NCBI GenBank assembly: GCA_963804165.1 | Contig: CAWDPO010000043.1 | Span: forward strand, 192,001-256,000 | Direction: 5' to 3' | DNA: 64,000 nt | From: an uncultured delta proteobacterium | GTDB taxonomy: Bacteria > Desulfobacterota > Binatia > UBA9968 | Shown: positions 20,081 to 33,263 of the stretch, piece after piece | Numbering within the stretch: position 1 is the stretch's first letter | How the letters are laid out: every line of letters starts with the position of its first letter | Made by a program: the position numbers and the translations under genes | The notes under the pieces: generated by a model | Databases searched by the model: none | Told to the model about the DNA's origin: nothing | The model's input: only the letters and a program-made list of their open reading frames with translations

Positions 20081-20218
20081 CTTTCCTTCTCGCTTCCGAG
20101 CTCCGAGATGTCTGTCCTGGTGAGTCCAACCCCCCGAAATTTAGAAATAATGCTCGCAGCTAATACGCTGTTATGTTAAGATAGCTGCAGTGGTGAAGGT
20201 TAAGGAGGACTGCTGTCG

Positions 20219-20827
20219 ATGATCAAGTTGTATACTTTCCCGCCCTCGACCAACTCTCGCAAAGTTCGCATTGCTCTCTTAGAGAAGGGGCTTGAGTTCC
20301 AGCGTATTAACGTCGATCTTTCCAAAAGGGAACAGAAAAATCCCGAATATCTCAAAATTCATCCGTTCGGACAAATCCCCGCATTGGACGATGAAGGATT
20401 CATCATTTACGATTCGACGGTGATTAACGAATATCTCGAAGACGAATATCCCTATCCTCCATTGATGCCAAAAGATTCGGAAGGACGGGCACGGGTGAGG
20501 CTGATGGAGGATTTTCGCGATACTCACTTCAATCTCTACTGCGTTCATCTGATCCAAGAAATGCGTAAGCCGGAAGGGGAACGCGACGCGCAGCGAATCG
20601 ACAACGCTAGAGCGGCGATCACGCAGGCATTTGACAGAATCGAAACCGAACTTAACGGCAACGAATACTTGGCCGGCTCGTTCAGCCTTGCTGATATTGC
20701 CTTCATGGCCAACCTCGAGCTGTTGGATCGATTCGCGATCCCGGTGGACCCCAACAAATTTGGAAAAACCGTCGCCTGGATTGCCCGGCTCAAGGCGCGA
20801 CCAAGCTTCGCCGCCTCCGCCACATAG
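20219..20827 (+). CDS. Glutathione S-transferase family protein
   Basis: HPFGQIPAL, DSTVINEYL, FSLADIA; AAGGAGG RBS. Confidence 0.93.
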   Translation: MIKLYTFPPSTNSRKVRIALLEKGLEFQRINVDLSKREQKNPEYLKIHPFGQIPALDDEGFIIYDSTVINEYLEDEYPYPPLMPKDSEGRARVRLMEDFRDTHFNLYCVHLIQEMRKPEGERDAQRIDNARAAITQAFDRIETELNGNEYLAGSFSLADIAFMANLELLDRFAIPVDPNKFGKTVAWIARLKARPSFAASAT

Positions 20828-20836
20828 ACCGGCCGG

Positions 20837-21550
20837 ATGTCCAGGAGTCTGATCCTCGCCTGGCTCGTCCACCTTTATACCGCCCTCGGCGTCATCGTCG
20901 GTTTCTTTAGCATCCTCGCCATTGAACAAGCGTCCTTCCGCGCTGCCTTTTTGTTGATGGCCTTCACGGTTGTGATCGACGCCACGGACGGCACATTGGC
21001 ACGCGCCGTCCACGTGAAGGAAGTGATCCCCTGGTTCGATGGCAACCTGCTCGACGCGATCGTCGACTATTTGAACTATGTCATTGCACCATGTTTTTTG
21101 CTGATCCACGCCCGTCTCTTGCCACCTGAAGACTCATTGTGGCTCGTTTCACTGCCGTTGCTCGCGAGTGCCTACGGCTTCTGCCAAAAAGACGCTAAAA
21201 CCAGCGACAATTTTTTTCTCGGCTTCCCGTCCTATTGGAATATCGTCGTCTTCTATTTCTATGTCTTGAAAACGCCCGTGTGGGTCAATGCCTTTGTAGT
21301 CATCGCGCTGTCAGTCTTAATTTTCGTTCCGATCAAGTTCATTTATCCAAGCAGGAGCCCGCGGTTTCGCGTACAGACAAATGTTTTAGGCGCGCTGTGG
21401 GGCGGCGCCGTCTTATATATGATCTACCGGCTGCCGCAGAGTGATCGGGTACTTGCGTTTGCCTCCTTGCTCTTTCCAGCTTACTATACGGCGCTATCGC
21501 TTTGGCTGGAGTATCGTCGCCTGACGAATCAAACATCGCTGCGAGGTTAA
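20837..21550 (+). CDS. pcs: Phosphatidylcholine synthase (CDP-alcohol phosphatidyltransferase)
   Basis: VHLYTALG, DATDGTLAR, FDGNLLDAIVDYLNY, FLGFPSYWN, KFIYPSR. Confidence 0.85.
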   Translation: MSRSLILAWLVHLYTALGVIVGFFSILAIEQASFRAAFLLMAFTVVIDATDGTLARAVHVKEVIPWFDGNLLDAIVDYLNYVIAPCFLLIHARLLPPEDSLWLVSLPLLASAYGFCQKDAKTSDNFFLGFPSYWNIVVFYFYVLKTPVWVNAFVVIALSVLIFVPIKFIYPSRSPRFRVQTNVLGALWGGAVLYMIYRLPQSDRVLAFASLLFPAYYTALSLWLEYRRLTNQTSLRG

Positions 21551-21552
21551 AC

Positions 21553-22998
21553 ATGCGCAAACGGGTCCGCCCCACTTCCGTCACTCACCTATGCGAGACT
21601 TTAATCGTTTTCTTACTTGTTTTGTTTCCCACGTCGGCGCCCCTCGGTCAGCAGCGCGCGGAATCCGGAGTCCCTAAGTACGTGTTTCTTTTTCTTTCCG
21701 ACGGCGGCGGCATGTCCCATCTGGAGATCGCCCGGCAATACCGCCGGCAAGTTCATAACGAGGGCTTCGTCATCGTCGATAAAATCATCAAACAAGGCAG
21801 CGTCGGAGTGATGACGACCCACGCCGCCGACGCGCTTTCAACCGACTCCGCGGCTGCCGCCACCGCGCTCGCCGGGGGATGCAAGGCCAATGTCGGCGCG
21901 CTGGGAATGTGCGCCGATGGCACGCCCACGATCAGCGCCATGGAAGTCGCCCGCCGCCGCGGCATGCGCCTCGGCCTGGTTACCAACGCGACGATTTACG
22001 ATGCCAGCCCGGCGGCATTCGTTTGCCATGTGCCCAATCGGCGCGACTACGCTGCGATCCTTGATCGCTATCTCGACTTGGCGCCGGATGTTCTCTTGGG
22101 CGGCGGCAAGGACCAGTTCTTACCGAAGGACAAGCCCGGCAGTCGGCGCTCGGACGACACCGACATGGTCGCCGCCTTTGAGAAGAAAGGCTATCGTTCC
22201 GTCGCCACCAAGCCGGATCTCGACGCATTATCGCGAGGAAAAGTTTTGGGGCTATTCAGCCTTAGAGACATGAGCATGGAGATCGACAGGGATAAGAGCA
22301 GCGAGCCATCGGTCTACGACATGACGCGCACGGCAATCCGCGTGTTGCACGACCAAAACCCCAAAGGGTTCTTTGCTTTTATCGAATCGGAGAATATCGA
22401 TAGCGCCGGTCATCTCTCCGACATCGCCTCGGTCATCCACGACTATCGCGAATTCGATCGCGCCGTCGGCCTCGCATATGAATTTTACCGAAAGTATCCG
22501 CGCGAAACTTTGATCATCGTGACTTCTGATCATGATACCGGCGGGGTGGGGTTTACGCTGGCTTTAAAGGATATGACCAGCACCAAGGGTGACAACCAGT
22601 TGGTGGGGACAGGCGAAGATTTTAAAAAGATCCAATCCATTGGCATCTCTTTCCGAAAGGCCTCGGAGCTTTTAGGCCGCAATCCCACCGGTGATGCGGT
22701 CGACAAGCTGATGAATGAATATTTTCGCGGCTTCACGCTTGCGCCGGAGTACAAAGACGCAATCGTCAAACGGCAGCCGATCTCGCGCACGCTGTTTACC
22801 GATCCGACGGCGCAAGCGCTGGGCGCCATGATCGCGAACAATACCCAGATTTATTGGCTGACCTCGGCGCACACCAACCAGCCGGTGCTTGTCGCCGCGC
22901 TCGGCGCCGGCGCGGAACGCTTCAAAGGTTACTACGACAACGCCGACTTCGGTCAGAAGCTCAAGACACTCCTGGAAGGCAAGAATCACCAGCGCTAG
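21553..22998 (+). CDS. phoA: Alkaline phosphatase (PhoA family)
   Basis: FLSDGGG, TDSAAAATAL (Ser nucleophile), IDSAGH, TSDHDTGG, SAHT. Confidence 0.88.
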   Translation: MRKRVRPTSVTHLCETLIVFLLVLFPTSAPLGQQRAESGVPKYVFLFLSDGGGMSHLEIARQYRRQVHNEGFVIVDKIIKQGSVGVMTTHAADALSTDSAAAATALAGGCKANVGALGMCADGTPTISAMEVARRRGMRLGLVTNATIYDASPAAFVCHVPNRRDYAAILDRYLDLAPDVLLGGGKDQFLPKDKPGSRRSDDTDMVAAFEKKGYRSVATKPDLDALSRGKVLGLFSLRDMSMEIDRDKSSEPSVYDMTRTAIRVLHDQNPKGFFAFIESENIDSAGHLSDIASVIHDYREFDRAVGLAYEFYRKYPRETLIIVTSDHDTGGVGFTLALKDMTSTKGDNQLVGTGEDFKKIQSIGISFRKASELLGRNPTGDAVDKLMNEYFRGFTLAPEYKDAIVKRQPISRTLFTDPTAQALGAMIANNTQIYWLTSAHTNQPVLVAALGAGAERFKGYYDNADFGQKLKTLLEGKNHQR

Positions 22999-23238
22999 AT
23001 TATCGATCGATGTCGCCTTTGGACTCGATCGACCTCGCCGGTGACCTACTCAGCGAGTCGAGTCTTACTCTACATGTGCCGGCCCTGCGCTTAAACGCAT
23101 TATTGACTGCAAAGTAGGTTCTCAATGCTTCCTGGGCGAGAACAGTGAGCCCGGCGAGCCGTCGGCTAACTTGCGCCTTTCCTCTTTCACCTGCAAATCA
23201 TCTGGAGTGAAAACGATAAACTTTCCCGTGTTCCGGAA

Positions 23239-24348
23239 TCAACTCGGGTTTAGGGCAGTCATCAGCTCAACCACGTGGATAGCGGCCGGGCTGACTGATG
23301 CTACAACGTCGTCTCCTTCGCGTAAACATAGGGCCGCGAAACGAGACTCGCTCGCCAGCGCCGTCACATAACCACATTCTGCCTGTATCATAATTCGATA
23401 GCGTGCCGTCGATGGCGAAATTCTCCGTACCTTTCCTCTGATGCAGATATTTTCCTTGGCGCATGTCCGGTCGCCAAAGTCGCGATCAATATCGAGGTTC
23501 TCCGGGCGAATACAGAGGATCACCGGCGCGCCACTCCTAAAATCGCCCGACACGGTTGCGATTCCGCCTTGAAACCGCACCGAGATCTTTTGACCAAGAC
23601 TTGCGTCAACGATTCCAGGGATTCTCGTTTCCATGCCAACCATGATCGCGACTTCTTCGTTCGCAGGATGAGTAAAAATCTCCCGCTGTGGCGCGCATTG
23701 TATTAACTTGCCACGACTCAAAACGCCGATCCGTTTGGCCAGCGCCGCCGCCTCATGAAGTTCGTGAGTCACCATGATGGCGGTGATGCCGGTTTGCGCC
23801 AAAATGTCCCGCAAATCCGCTAGGAGAGTCTCGCGGGTGGGAGCATCAAGCGCGGAGAAAGGCTCATCCAAGAGGAGCACCTCCGGATCCAGGACAAATC
23901 CGCGGGCCAAACTAGTCCGCTGCGCCTCGCCGCCCGAAAGTGTGCGAACTTGGCGTCCGGCTAAATGGGCGATGCCGAGTCGCTCAACCCAAGGCCACAG
24001 TTTTTTGTCGATTTGATCACGACTCAATCCGCGGAGCTTCAAGCCGAGGGCGGCGTTCTCGTAAACCGTCGCATTCAACAGCAGAGGCTCCTGAAACACA
24101 CTCGCCATTCGGCGACGTAGCGCTAGAGAGTTTTGCGACGTCGCCCGTTCGCCGCGAAAGTATACGCTTCCGGAAGTCGGCCATTGGAGCAAGCCCATCA
24201 CTCGCAGGAGAGTGGACTTGCCGGCTCCATTGTCGCCGATGACCGCGACGACTTCACCGGCGTGGACATCGAAAAACGAAAGATCGAGAGCCGTAGCGGC
24301 TCCATATTGAACGCAGATATCCCGTAACTCTAGGAGAGTCTCGGCCAT
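23239..24348 (-). CDS. tupC: Tungstate ABC transporter ATP-binding subunit with TOBE-like tail
   Basis: GDNGAGKST, LSGGE, LLLDEP; last gene of the tup operon. Confidence 0.85.
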   Translation of the reverse strand: MAETLLELRDICVQYGAATALDLSFFDVHAGEVVAVIGDNGAGKSTLLRVMGLLQWPTSGSVYFRGERATSQNSLALRRRMASVFQEPLLLNATVYENAALGLKLRGLSRDQIDKKLWPWVERLGIAHLAGRQVRTLSGGEAQRTSLARGFVLDPEVLLLDEPFSALDAPTRETLLADLRDILAQTGITAIMVTHELHEAAALAKRIGVLSRGKLIQCAPQREIFTHPANEEVAIMVGMETRIPGIVDASLGQKISVRFQGGIATVSGDFRSGAPVILCIRPENLDIDRDFGDRTCAKENICIRGKVRRISPSTARYRIMIQAECGYVTALASESRFAALCLREGDDVVASVSPAAIHVVELMTALNPS

Positions 24349-25043
24349 TTGACTCGGTCGTGCTGCTGGATGAGAGTCAGAAAAAAATTCAGCGCAAAAC
24401 AGAGAATGAGAAGAATCAATCCCAATGCGATGGCGATCTCAAAATTACCCTTGCCGGTTTCCAGCACCGTCGCGGTCGTTAGAACCCGGGTTTGTCCGCG
24501 AATATTGCCGCCGACCATCATCGATGCTCCCACCTCGGAGATGACGCCGCCGAACCCCGCCATGACGGCCGCCAGCAGCGGCAATCGCGCTTCTTTGCAA
24601 AGAAGCCAGAGCACCTGGCGCTTCGAAGCGCCGATGCCGAGCAATTGCAGCGCCAGATTCGGATCGAGGCTTTGAAAGCTCGCCATCGTCAGCCCGACCA
24701 CGATCGGAAATGCGATGACGACCTGGGCGATGATCATTGCGCTCGGAGTGTAAACGAGTTCGAGAAAACCCAACGGTCCGCTGCGCCAAAGCAGGATCGA
24801 GATAAAAAGGCCGACAACAACGGGCGGCAGCCCCATACCGGTGTTGACCAGCGCCACAGCGATCGACCGTCCCGGGAAACGGCTGAGCGCGAGCGCAATG
24901 CCCAAAGGTATTCCGAGCAGAAGAGAAATGAATGTCGCGCTGCCGGAGATTTTAATCGACAGCCAGGTGATGGACCAAACCTCGGTATCACCGCTAAATA
25001 CGAGCTCGATAGCCTTGGCCATCCCTTGCCAGATCAGCTCCAC
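24330..25043 (-). CDS. tupB: Tungstate ABC transporter permease
   Basis: MGLPPVVVGL, RSGPLG, ISEVGASMMVGGNI..TRVLTTA. Confidence 0.92.
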   Translation of the reverse strand: MELIWQGMAKAIELVFSGDTEVWSITWLSIKISGSATFISLLLGIPLGIALALSRFPGRSIAVALVNTGMGLPPVVVGLFISILLWRSGPLGFLELVYTPSAMIIAQVVIAFPIVVGLTMASFQSLDPNLALQLLGIGASKRQVLWLLCKEARLPLLAAVMAGFGGVISEVGASMMVGGNIRGQTRVLTTATVLETGKGNFEIAIALGLILLILCFALNFFLTLIQQHDRVKWPRLS

Positions 25044-25045
25044 GG

Positions 25046-25903
25046 TTAAACTCCCAGCTCCTCCTCGCGCTTGCCCGCGACGGGCACGAACAAAGATTGA
25101 CCAAACTTTTCCGCTCCGAAAGTCTTAATCGCCGCCTGCGTTTGCGGCGAGACCATGAAATCTGCCAACGCCTTGCCGCCGGCGGCATTGACTCTCGAGC
25201 CGCTGGCGGGATTGACCTCGAGAACAGAGTAGATATTCAGCAGCGCTTTGTCTCCCTCCACCAGGATCGGCAGTACAACTCGCTTTCCGAGGGCCAGGTA
25301 TGTGCCGCGGTCGGTGATCGTGTAAGCATTCCGCTCGTTGGCGATGCCAAGCGTCGCGCCCATGCCCTGACCGGACTCGATGTACCAATCGCCCTTCGGT
25401 TCGATGCCCGCCTCTTTCCACAACGATTTCTCGAGATTGTGTGTGCCGGAATTGTCGCCGCGGGAGACAAAGCGGGATTTTGACTGCTCAATCAACTTCA
25501 GAGCCGCAAGCGCCGTCTTCGCCGACTTGATTTTCGCGGGATCATCTTTCGGACCGATGATCACAAAATCGTTGTACATGACGAGCCGGCGGTTGAGCAA
25601 CTTTCCTTCGCTGACGTATTGCTTTTCCAGGCTGGGCGCGTGGACTAGGGCCACATCCGCATCCCCCTTTGCCGCCAGCGCAAGCGCCTGGCCCGTTCCC
25701 ACCGAAACGGTCTTGACGATGTAGCCGGTTTGTTTTTCGAAAAGCGGGATCAAAACATCCAATAAACCGGAATCCTGTGTGCTCGTCGTGGTCGATAAAA
25801 TTATATTTCGACTTTTGGGTTCGGCGCCGGAAACGAGCTTCAAAGCGAGAACAAAGGTCAAAGCCGGCGCCAGACCGAAGATCAAAATGTTACGCGTTCG
25901 CAT
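25046..25903 (-). CDS. tupA: Tungstate-binding periplasmic protein
   Basis: TTTSTQDSGLL, GTGQAL, VHAP, SRGDNSGTH, GQGMG; start set to ATG 25903 after GGAGG. Confidence 0.93.
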   Translation of the reverse strand: MRTRNILIFGLAPALTFVLALKLVSGAEPKSRNIILSTTTSTQDSGLLDVLIPLFEKQTGYIVKTVSVGTGQALALAAKGDADVALVHAPSLEKQYVSEGKLLNRRLVMYNDFVIIGPKDDPAKIKSAKTALAALKLIEQSKSRFVSRGDNSGTHNLEKSLWKEAGIEPKGDWYIESGQGMGATLGIANERNAYTITDRGTYLALGKRVVLPILVEGDKALLNIYSVLEVNPASGSRVNAAGGKALADFMVSPQTQAAIKTFGAEKFGQSLFVPVAGKREEELGV

Positions 25904-26519
25904 GACTCCTCCCTCAATATGGCTTTCATCTGACGATGAGGCGGTGCTTTTTTGCAGCCTATTTCCTCCGCAGACAAGCGTCAAGTTCCTAACCAACATA
26001 AGTGGCAGTACTCGCCAACGACAATGGCGTGAGTTAGCAAAGCAACTTCAGAATTGATCGCTTATTCATTGCTCCCTCATCTAAACAGGTCAGCGCACGG
26101 CGCGACGTCGTTCGCGGAATTGCTTGAGGGCCCGCTTCGACGTGCGCGCATATTGGGATCGGAAGAGCGTCGGATTCTTCGACCCGCGATGGGTCGCCGC
26201 GTGCCCGGCTGTCTATTACTTTACGGCGGTACTGAGAACCATCAAATAGTTTGACCGACTCGCGCTGGGACCTTACAATCAGATAAATAACGACCGAATA
26301 GCACCGATCTACTCTGTACCGAGACGACCACAAAGCGCCGACGGTTTGTAATCCCTGGGTCTTCACACGCGATTGGACGCTGGCTTCAAGGTAATTGCAT
26401 CCTATGCAGCGCATGACGCGTCGCCAACGAGCGAAAATGAAAATTGCCGTTGCTGCTTTTGCAATAGGCCCGCACCACTATGACCGAACCAAATCTCGGG
26501 ATGTGACGGAGCCCACCTA

Positions 26520-29057
<2,538 letters not shown>

Positions 29058-29103
29058 CGATTCGCAGGATATTGAAAATATTTGTCCGTGTTTCTTAAAT
29101 TTT

Positions 29104-29240
29104 TCATTCCCTATTAAGTTTTTCCGCAGCGACATCCGTGCCCAAATCGCCGGCGATCTTGCGGAATTGTTCAAGGGCGGCTTTGAAATCCTCGTCGAGT
29201 GCTGCGCAAGGACTTCGGCTCGCAACAATTTTCTGAACCG
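29104..29240 (-). pseudogene. Remnant resembling the C-terminus of a type I R-M methyltransferase HsdM
   Basis: Minus strand reads ..AEVLAQ / frameshift / LDEDFKAALEQFRKIAGDLG..stop, like the HsdM tail PEVLAQEIVEDLEAALEQFR.IA.DL. Confidence 0.5.
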
Positions 29241-29299
29241 AGTGTTGTTGCGACTCAATGACCTGAACGACGGTTCTTGCTGTTCCTGTTGCCTAATTC

Positions 29300-29545
29300 T
29301 GCCCTTGCTTCCTTCTGCGACGCGCACCACGAAATGGGTTCACTCAGCGGCGCCGTCTCGATCGTCGCCCCCTGAGAGACCGCCCTCCGCGCGTCGCTCG
29401 TCGCTTCACCTAATGCGATGGCGAGAGTCGCGGTGCGGCCCACACCGCCCGCGCAGTGAATCAGCACGCTTCTCCTGCCCGCAATCGCTTCGCTACGTCG
29501 CTCGCAAGCGCCCGGAAAGCATCCTGGTCTTTCACTCTCTGTAAC
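29300..29545 (-). pseudogene. Degraded Cys-based protein-tyrosine/dual-specificity phosphatase fragment
   Basis: VLIHCAGGVGRT (HCx5R loop), preceded in another frame by DAFRALASDVAKRLRAGE; no intact N-terminus. Confidence 0.65.
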
Positions 29546-29733
29546 GTTTTGAACTAAGCAATAGCGATTGACACTGGAACGATTGGCACGGCCTTCGGTT
29601 CTAAAAGCGTCCCGGCATACTATGGAGTAGCGGTTGCCCAGGAACTCGCGCGGGAGGATCGACGCGACGAAACAACTATTCTCCGTTGCAAGCCACCAAC
29701 CGATGGTCACTCATTAAAAATATGTTTCCGACT

Positions 29734-29776
29734 GTTATCGCGCGGCGAAATGAAGCTGTGAAGAAACCGCGAAAAA
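29734..29776 (-). promoter_or_regulatory. Copy 1 of a duplicated ~43-bp sigma70-like promoter motif
   Basis: Minus strand TTCACA-N17-GATAAC; about 80% identical to 35621-35662. Confidence 0.5.
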
Positions 29777-29862
29777 AAGAGGAATTCGAAAGATCGCTAT
29801 GATGGGTACGCCGGATACTTGACAGCCGAGACCGGTGACAATCCACATTTGCCAGTCGCGCT

Positions 29863-30876
29863 TTAGCGTGTGAGGGTTCCGCTGGGATAAAGCTGCTTCA
29901 TGAAGCCTTCGTCGCTGAGCTGTTTCATGAACCGGTCATCGATAAACTCGGCGAGAAACGTCTCGGCGGGACGGCCCGAGACTCCCAACTGATCCAATAT
30001 CGTTTTCGTGCCTTCGACAGTCGGAGACGGCACCGGCTCCATATAGCGAGTGTCGGAGTCGTAGGCGTGTTGCAAAATTACCGGATCCGAGACGCGGGTA
30101 TACTTCTGCAGCGTCGCCTTGGCTTCGTTGGGCCGCCTTCGGATATGCGCGATCGCCTCCATAACGCCGGCGACAAAGCCGCGCATCCGCGCCGGCTGTT
30201 TGGCAATGTAAGGACGCATCGCCGCGGTGCAGTTACCGGCGTAGGGGATATTGAGATCGCCCAATTCCAGCAAAGGTTTGAAACCCGCCTGAGCAGCCTG
30301 CAGATCGTTCGGCGAGGTCGCGAAAATCGCCTGTACTCTGCCGTTGACCAGCGCCGCGAACGCCGCGCTGGTCGAACCGCTGTAGATAATGGAAACATCC
30401 TGGCCGGGTTTCATGCCTTGGCGCGAGAGAAAAAGCTTCGCGGCAAAATCGCTGGCGGACCCTGGGTTGGCCACGGCCAACACTTTGCCGCGCAGATCCG
30501 CCACTTTTTGAATAGCCGGAATCACCATGATCTTCGAGGTGAGCTTGTGGACCACGCAAGAGGTGATGGCCACATCTCCGCCGCTCAAATGCATCTGCAC
30601 CAAAGGCGGACCCGCCGAAAAATAAACTTGTATGTCGCCGCTGAGCAGAGCGGGCCTCCCGGCGGCGCGAGGTAAATAGATCGGCCTGACCTGCAAGCCG
30701 TGTTTCTCGAAGAGCTTGGCGTCGGCACCGACCCAAAGAGGTAGTATCGATGCGGACAGAGTCCCATGCCCGGCGAGAATCGTCGGCCGTTCTTGGGCTT
30801 GGGAAAACGCCGCCGAAAGAATAACGAGGCTCAACAGGACGAGCTGGATTTTCAAGAAGCTGCGGTCAGGTTTCAT
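29863..30876 (-). CDS. NMT1/SsuA-like ABC substrate-binding protein
   Basis: Signal peptide from ATG 30876; LFEKHGL, ADLRGKVLAV, AALVNGRVQA. Confidence 0.85.
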   Translation of the reverse strand: MKPDRSFLKIQLVLLSLVILSAAFSQAQERPTILAGHGTLSASILPLWVGADAKLFEKHGLQVRPIYLPRAAGRPALLSGDIQVYFSAGPPLVQMHLSGGDVAITSCVVHKLTSKIMVIPAIQKVADLRGKVLAVANPGSASDFAAKLFLSRQGMKPGQDVSIIYSGSTSAAFAALVNGRVQAIFATSPNDLQAAQAGFKPLLELGDLNIPYAGNCTAAMRPYIAKQPARMRGFVAGVMEAIAHIRRRPNEAKATLQKYTRVSDPVILQHAYDSDTRYMEPVPSPTVEGTKTILDQLGVSGRPAETFLAEFIDDRFMKQLSDEGFMKQLYPSGTLTR

Positions 30877-30886
30877 TGTCCTATGG

Positions 30887-31846
30887 TCATTTGGTAGAGG
30901 CCAGCGCCTCCTTGAGGATCGACCAATCGGCAAGTTTGTCCAACGGCGTGTTTTCTGGAACGCTTCCCAATGCGGCGACATTTCTTAGACCATCGTCGGA
31001 AGTCAGACCGTTCTCTGACCAAAGCCCTCTATACGCGTCAAAAGCGGTGCGAGCCGCTTCCACGGACGGCAGATTCATATACTGTTTCATCAACGCGGGC
31101 AGATCGGCGGCGCGCGATTTAATGTAGCCGTTGGCTTTCAGAATCGCCAACAGCATCTTTCGAACTTCAGTTCTCTTCTCTCGAATCCGATCGTCGTGTG
31201 TGGCTAATCCGGTCGCAGGCAGCTCGGTGATATCTTTTACAAACACGAGTTGCTTGTACCCTTCCTTTTCCAATCGTAAACCGGAAAAGACATCCAGCAC
31301 CGCGGCATCAACGATTCCTTCCTTCACGGCTAGTATGCGATTCGGGGTCTCCCGTAGGCTCACTACCTTCACCTCCTGCGGATCTATTCCGTATTTCTTC
31401 AGAATCAGCAGGAGAAAGCGATGCTCGGTCGCGCCGGATTGAGTAACGCCGACACTGTGGCCGCGCAATTCTCCGACTGAGCGAATCTGTGAGCGAGAAA
31501 CCAAGACTTGGGGAGAATGGGCCATAAACACCATGACAAGCTTTACCGGCAGTCCCCGTGCCGCTCCCGACAAGACCGAGCCAAGCCCCGTGACGTACGG
31601 TATTTCTTTGGCTGTTAACGCCGGAATCTGCACCCGTGGCACCATATAAACGGGAGCAATATCGAAACCCTGCTCTTTGAACATGCCCTTCTGTTCGGCA
31701 ACATAGAGCGGGAAGAGTGTCGGGCTGTGGATTGCCGAGGTGCCTACGTAAATCTTCGGTCGATCTTGGCTGATTGCGTCAAAGGCGGAACCGAAGAACA
31801 AAGCAGCGGTCGATAAGAAGAAAATGAACAAGTGTTTGAGAGTCAT
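30887..31846 (-). CDS. NMT1/SsuA-like ABC substrate-binding protein
   Basis: Signal peptide; YVAEQKGMFKEQG, ELRGHSVGV, GIVDAAVL. Confidence 0.85.
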   Translation of the reverse strand: MTLKHLFIFFLSTAALFFGSAFDAISQDRPKIYVGTSAIHSPTLFPLYVAEQKGMFKEQGFDIAPVYMVPRVQIPALTAKEIPYVTGLGSVLSGAARGLPVKLVMVFMAHSPQVLVSRSQIRSVGELRGHSVGVTQSGATEHRFLLLILKKYGIDPQEVKVVSLRETPNRILAVKEGIVDAAVLDVFSGLRLEKEGYKQLVFVKDITELPATGLATHDDRIREKRTEVRKMLLAILKANGYIKSRAADLPALMKQYMNLPSVEAARTAFDAYRGLWSENGLTSDDGLRNVAALGSVPENTPLDKLADWSILKEALASTK

Positions 31847-31903
31847 ACTCTGTGCCGTCGTAAAACAAATTGACCCACGGAATCGTCATTTCGCCCAAGC
31901 CGG

Positions 31904-33025
31904 TTATTTTGCGTGATCTGAAGACCGCATCTCGGCGAGTTTTTGTGACCTGCCCCATTTCTTTAGCGGGCGTCCCTCGGCAAGCGCTTTGATTTCTCGT
32001 TCCCAGAGCTTGCGTTGCAAGATAATGATCTCATCGGTATCGCCGAGACATTCGCGGCGCTGCGCTAGCGAGCTCTGGCCGACCTGAACGACATAGTCCT
32101 GGATCCAATGAATGTTGGACTTGTCTTCGATATCCGGAATTCGAACATCGCCGCGCAAAACCGCCTTCGCCAGCTCGTTGAGCCGTTCGGCCTGTGCGGT
32201 GCGAGCAGCATGCCGTTCCTTATACAAACGCCCGCGTTCCCCCTCCATCACATGTTGGGCGTCCACTTGAAAACTTGCATGCTTCTCGTCATCGATGGGA
32301 ACCCGCCAGGCCAAATGATCGCGATCGCCCTCCTTAAAACAAAGCACATTCGGCATGCCATGATGGCTGATGTGCACACGTCCACTCTGAAATCTGGATG
32401 TCGTTAAAACTCCCCAGTCGCTCTCCTCGGGGACCACTTCCGGAATTTCGACGGGGCGTTTCAAATATTGCTGCGATTCACGGTGAGTGAAAGGAATATG
32501 GAACGGTTCATTCTCCAGGTTGTTAAAAAAATTGCAGGGCCTGACATAAGTCTCCACCCAGACTTCCTTGTTTTCGAAGTCAGGGAAACGCGGCAACGGC
32601 GGCGCTTCGCCCTCGCCCAGGTAGGCGAATATCAATCCAAGATATTCTTCGGTTGGATAGCTGGGGATCCGGACGCTCTCAGCGAATGATTTTTTCTCCG
32701 CCGGCTGTTCGAGACATTGTCCGGCAGCGTCGTATTTCCAGCCATGAAAGCGGCAGCGAATGCAATCGTCCTCTACCCATCCAACGGACAATTGCGCGTC
32801 TCTATGGGCACAGCGAAACCCCACCAAGTGCGGCTTACCCGACTCGCCGCGGTAAAGTGTGAAGTCCTCGCCCATGATGCGAATCGGTTTTGCCCAACCC
32901 ACCTTCAGTTGCTCAGCCGCGTAAATGGGATGCCAGAACATTCTCATGAAACGGCCGGCGATGGTTCCCGGCCCCGTCCGGTAAAGATCATGATGAAGAG
33001 TTCCGCCATTACTGTTCGTAGTCAT
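31904..33025 (-). CDS. Rieske non-heme iron oxygenase alpha subunit (phthalate 4,5-dioxygenase-like)
   Basis: RTGPGT.AGR.MR.FWHP, CAHR, CRFHGWKYD, mononuclear site ENEPFHIPFTH, VPIDDE, QD..VQVGQ. Confidence 0.9.
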   Translation of the reverse strand: MTTNSNGGTLHHDLYRTGPGTIAGRFMRMFWHPIYAAEQLKVGWAKPIRIMGEDFTLYRGESGKPHLVGFRCAHRDAQLSVGWVEDDCIRCRFHGWKYDAAGQCLEQPAEKKSFAESVRIPSYPTEEYLGLIFAYLGEGEAPPLPRFPDFENKEVWVETYVRPCNFFNNLENEPFHIPFTHRESQQYLKRPVEIPEVVPEESDWGVLTTSRFQSGRVHISHHGMPNVLCFKEGDRDHLAWRVPIDDEKHASFQVDAQHVMEGERGRLYKERHAARTAQAERLNELAKAVLRGDVRIPDIEDKSNIHWIQDYVVQVGQSSLAQRRECLGDTDEIIILQRKLWEREIKALAEGRPLKKWGRSQKLAEMRSSDHAK

Positions 33026-33263
33026 GATTTTCCCTCCACGTCGCAAACATGACAGCGGCGTATCACGAGCGATTAAATCAAGTCAATCTCGCTGTCTGCG
33101 GCTTTATTCAGTCGATGCACCTGGGCGGACGCCGATGACGTGTCACTGTTCGTAGGCGTAGGCGAGCTTGATCCTATTGCCATGGTCGTATCACAGTCCA
33201 AAAAAATAACGGAATCGAAAGATTGTACTGATTGTTATTCGGGACCATGCCTACGTGAATCCA

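Noticed and set aside
26034-26414. ORFs between tupA and the hybrid kinase
   Set aside because: No recognisable motif or RBS; overlapping frames on both strands look like noise.
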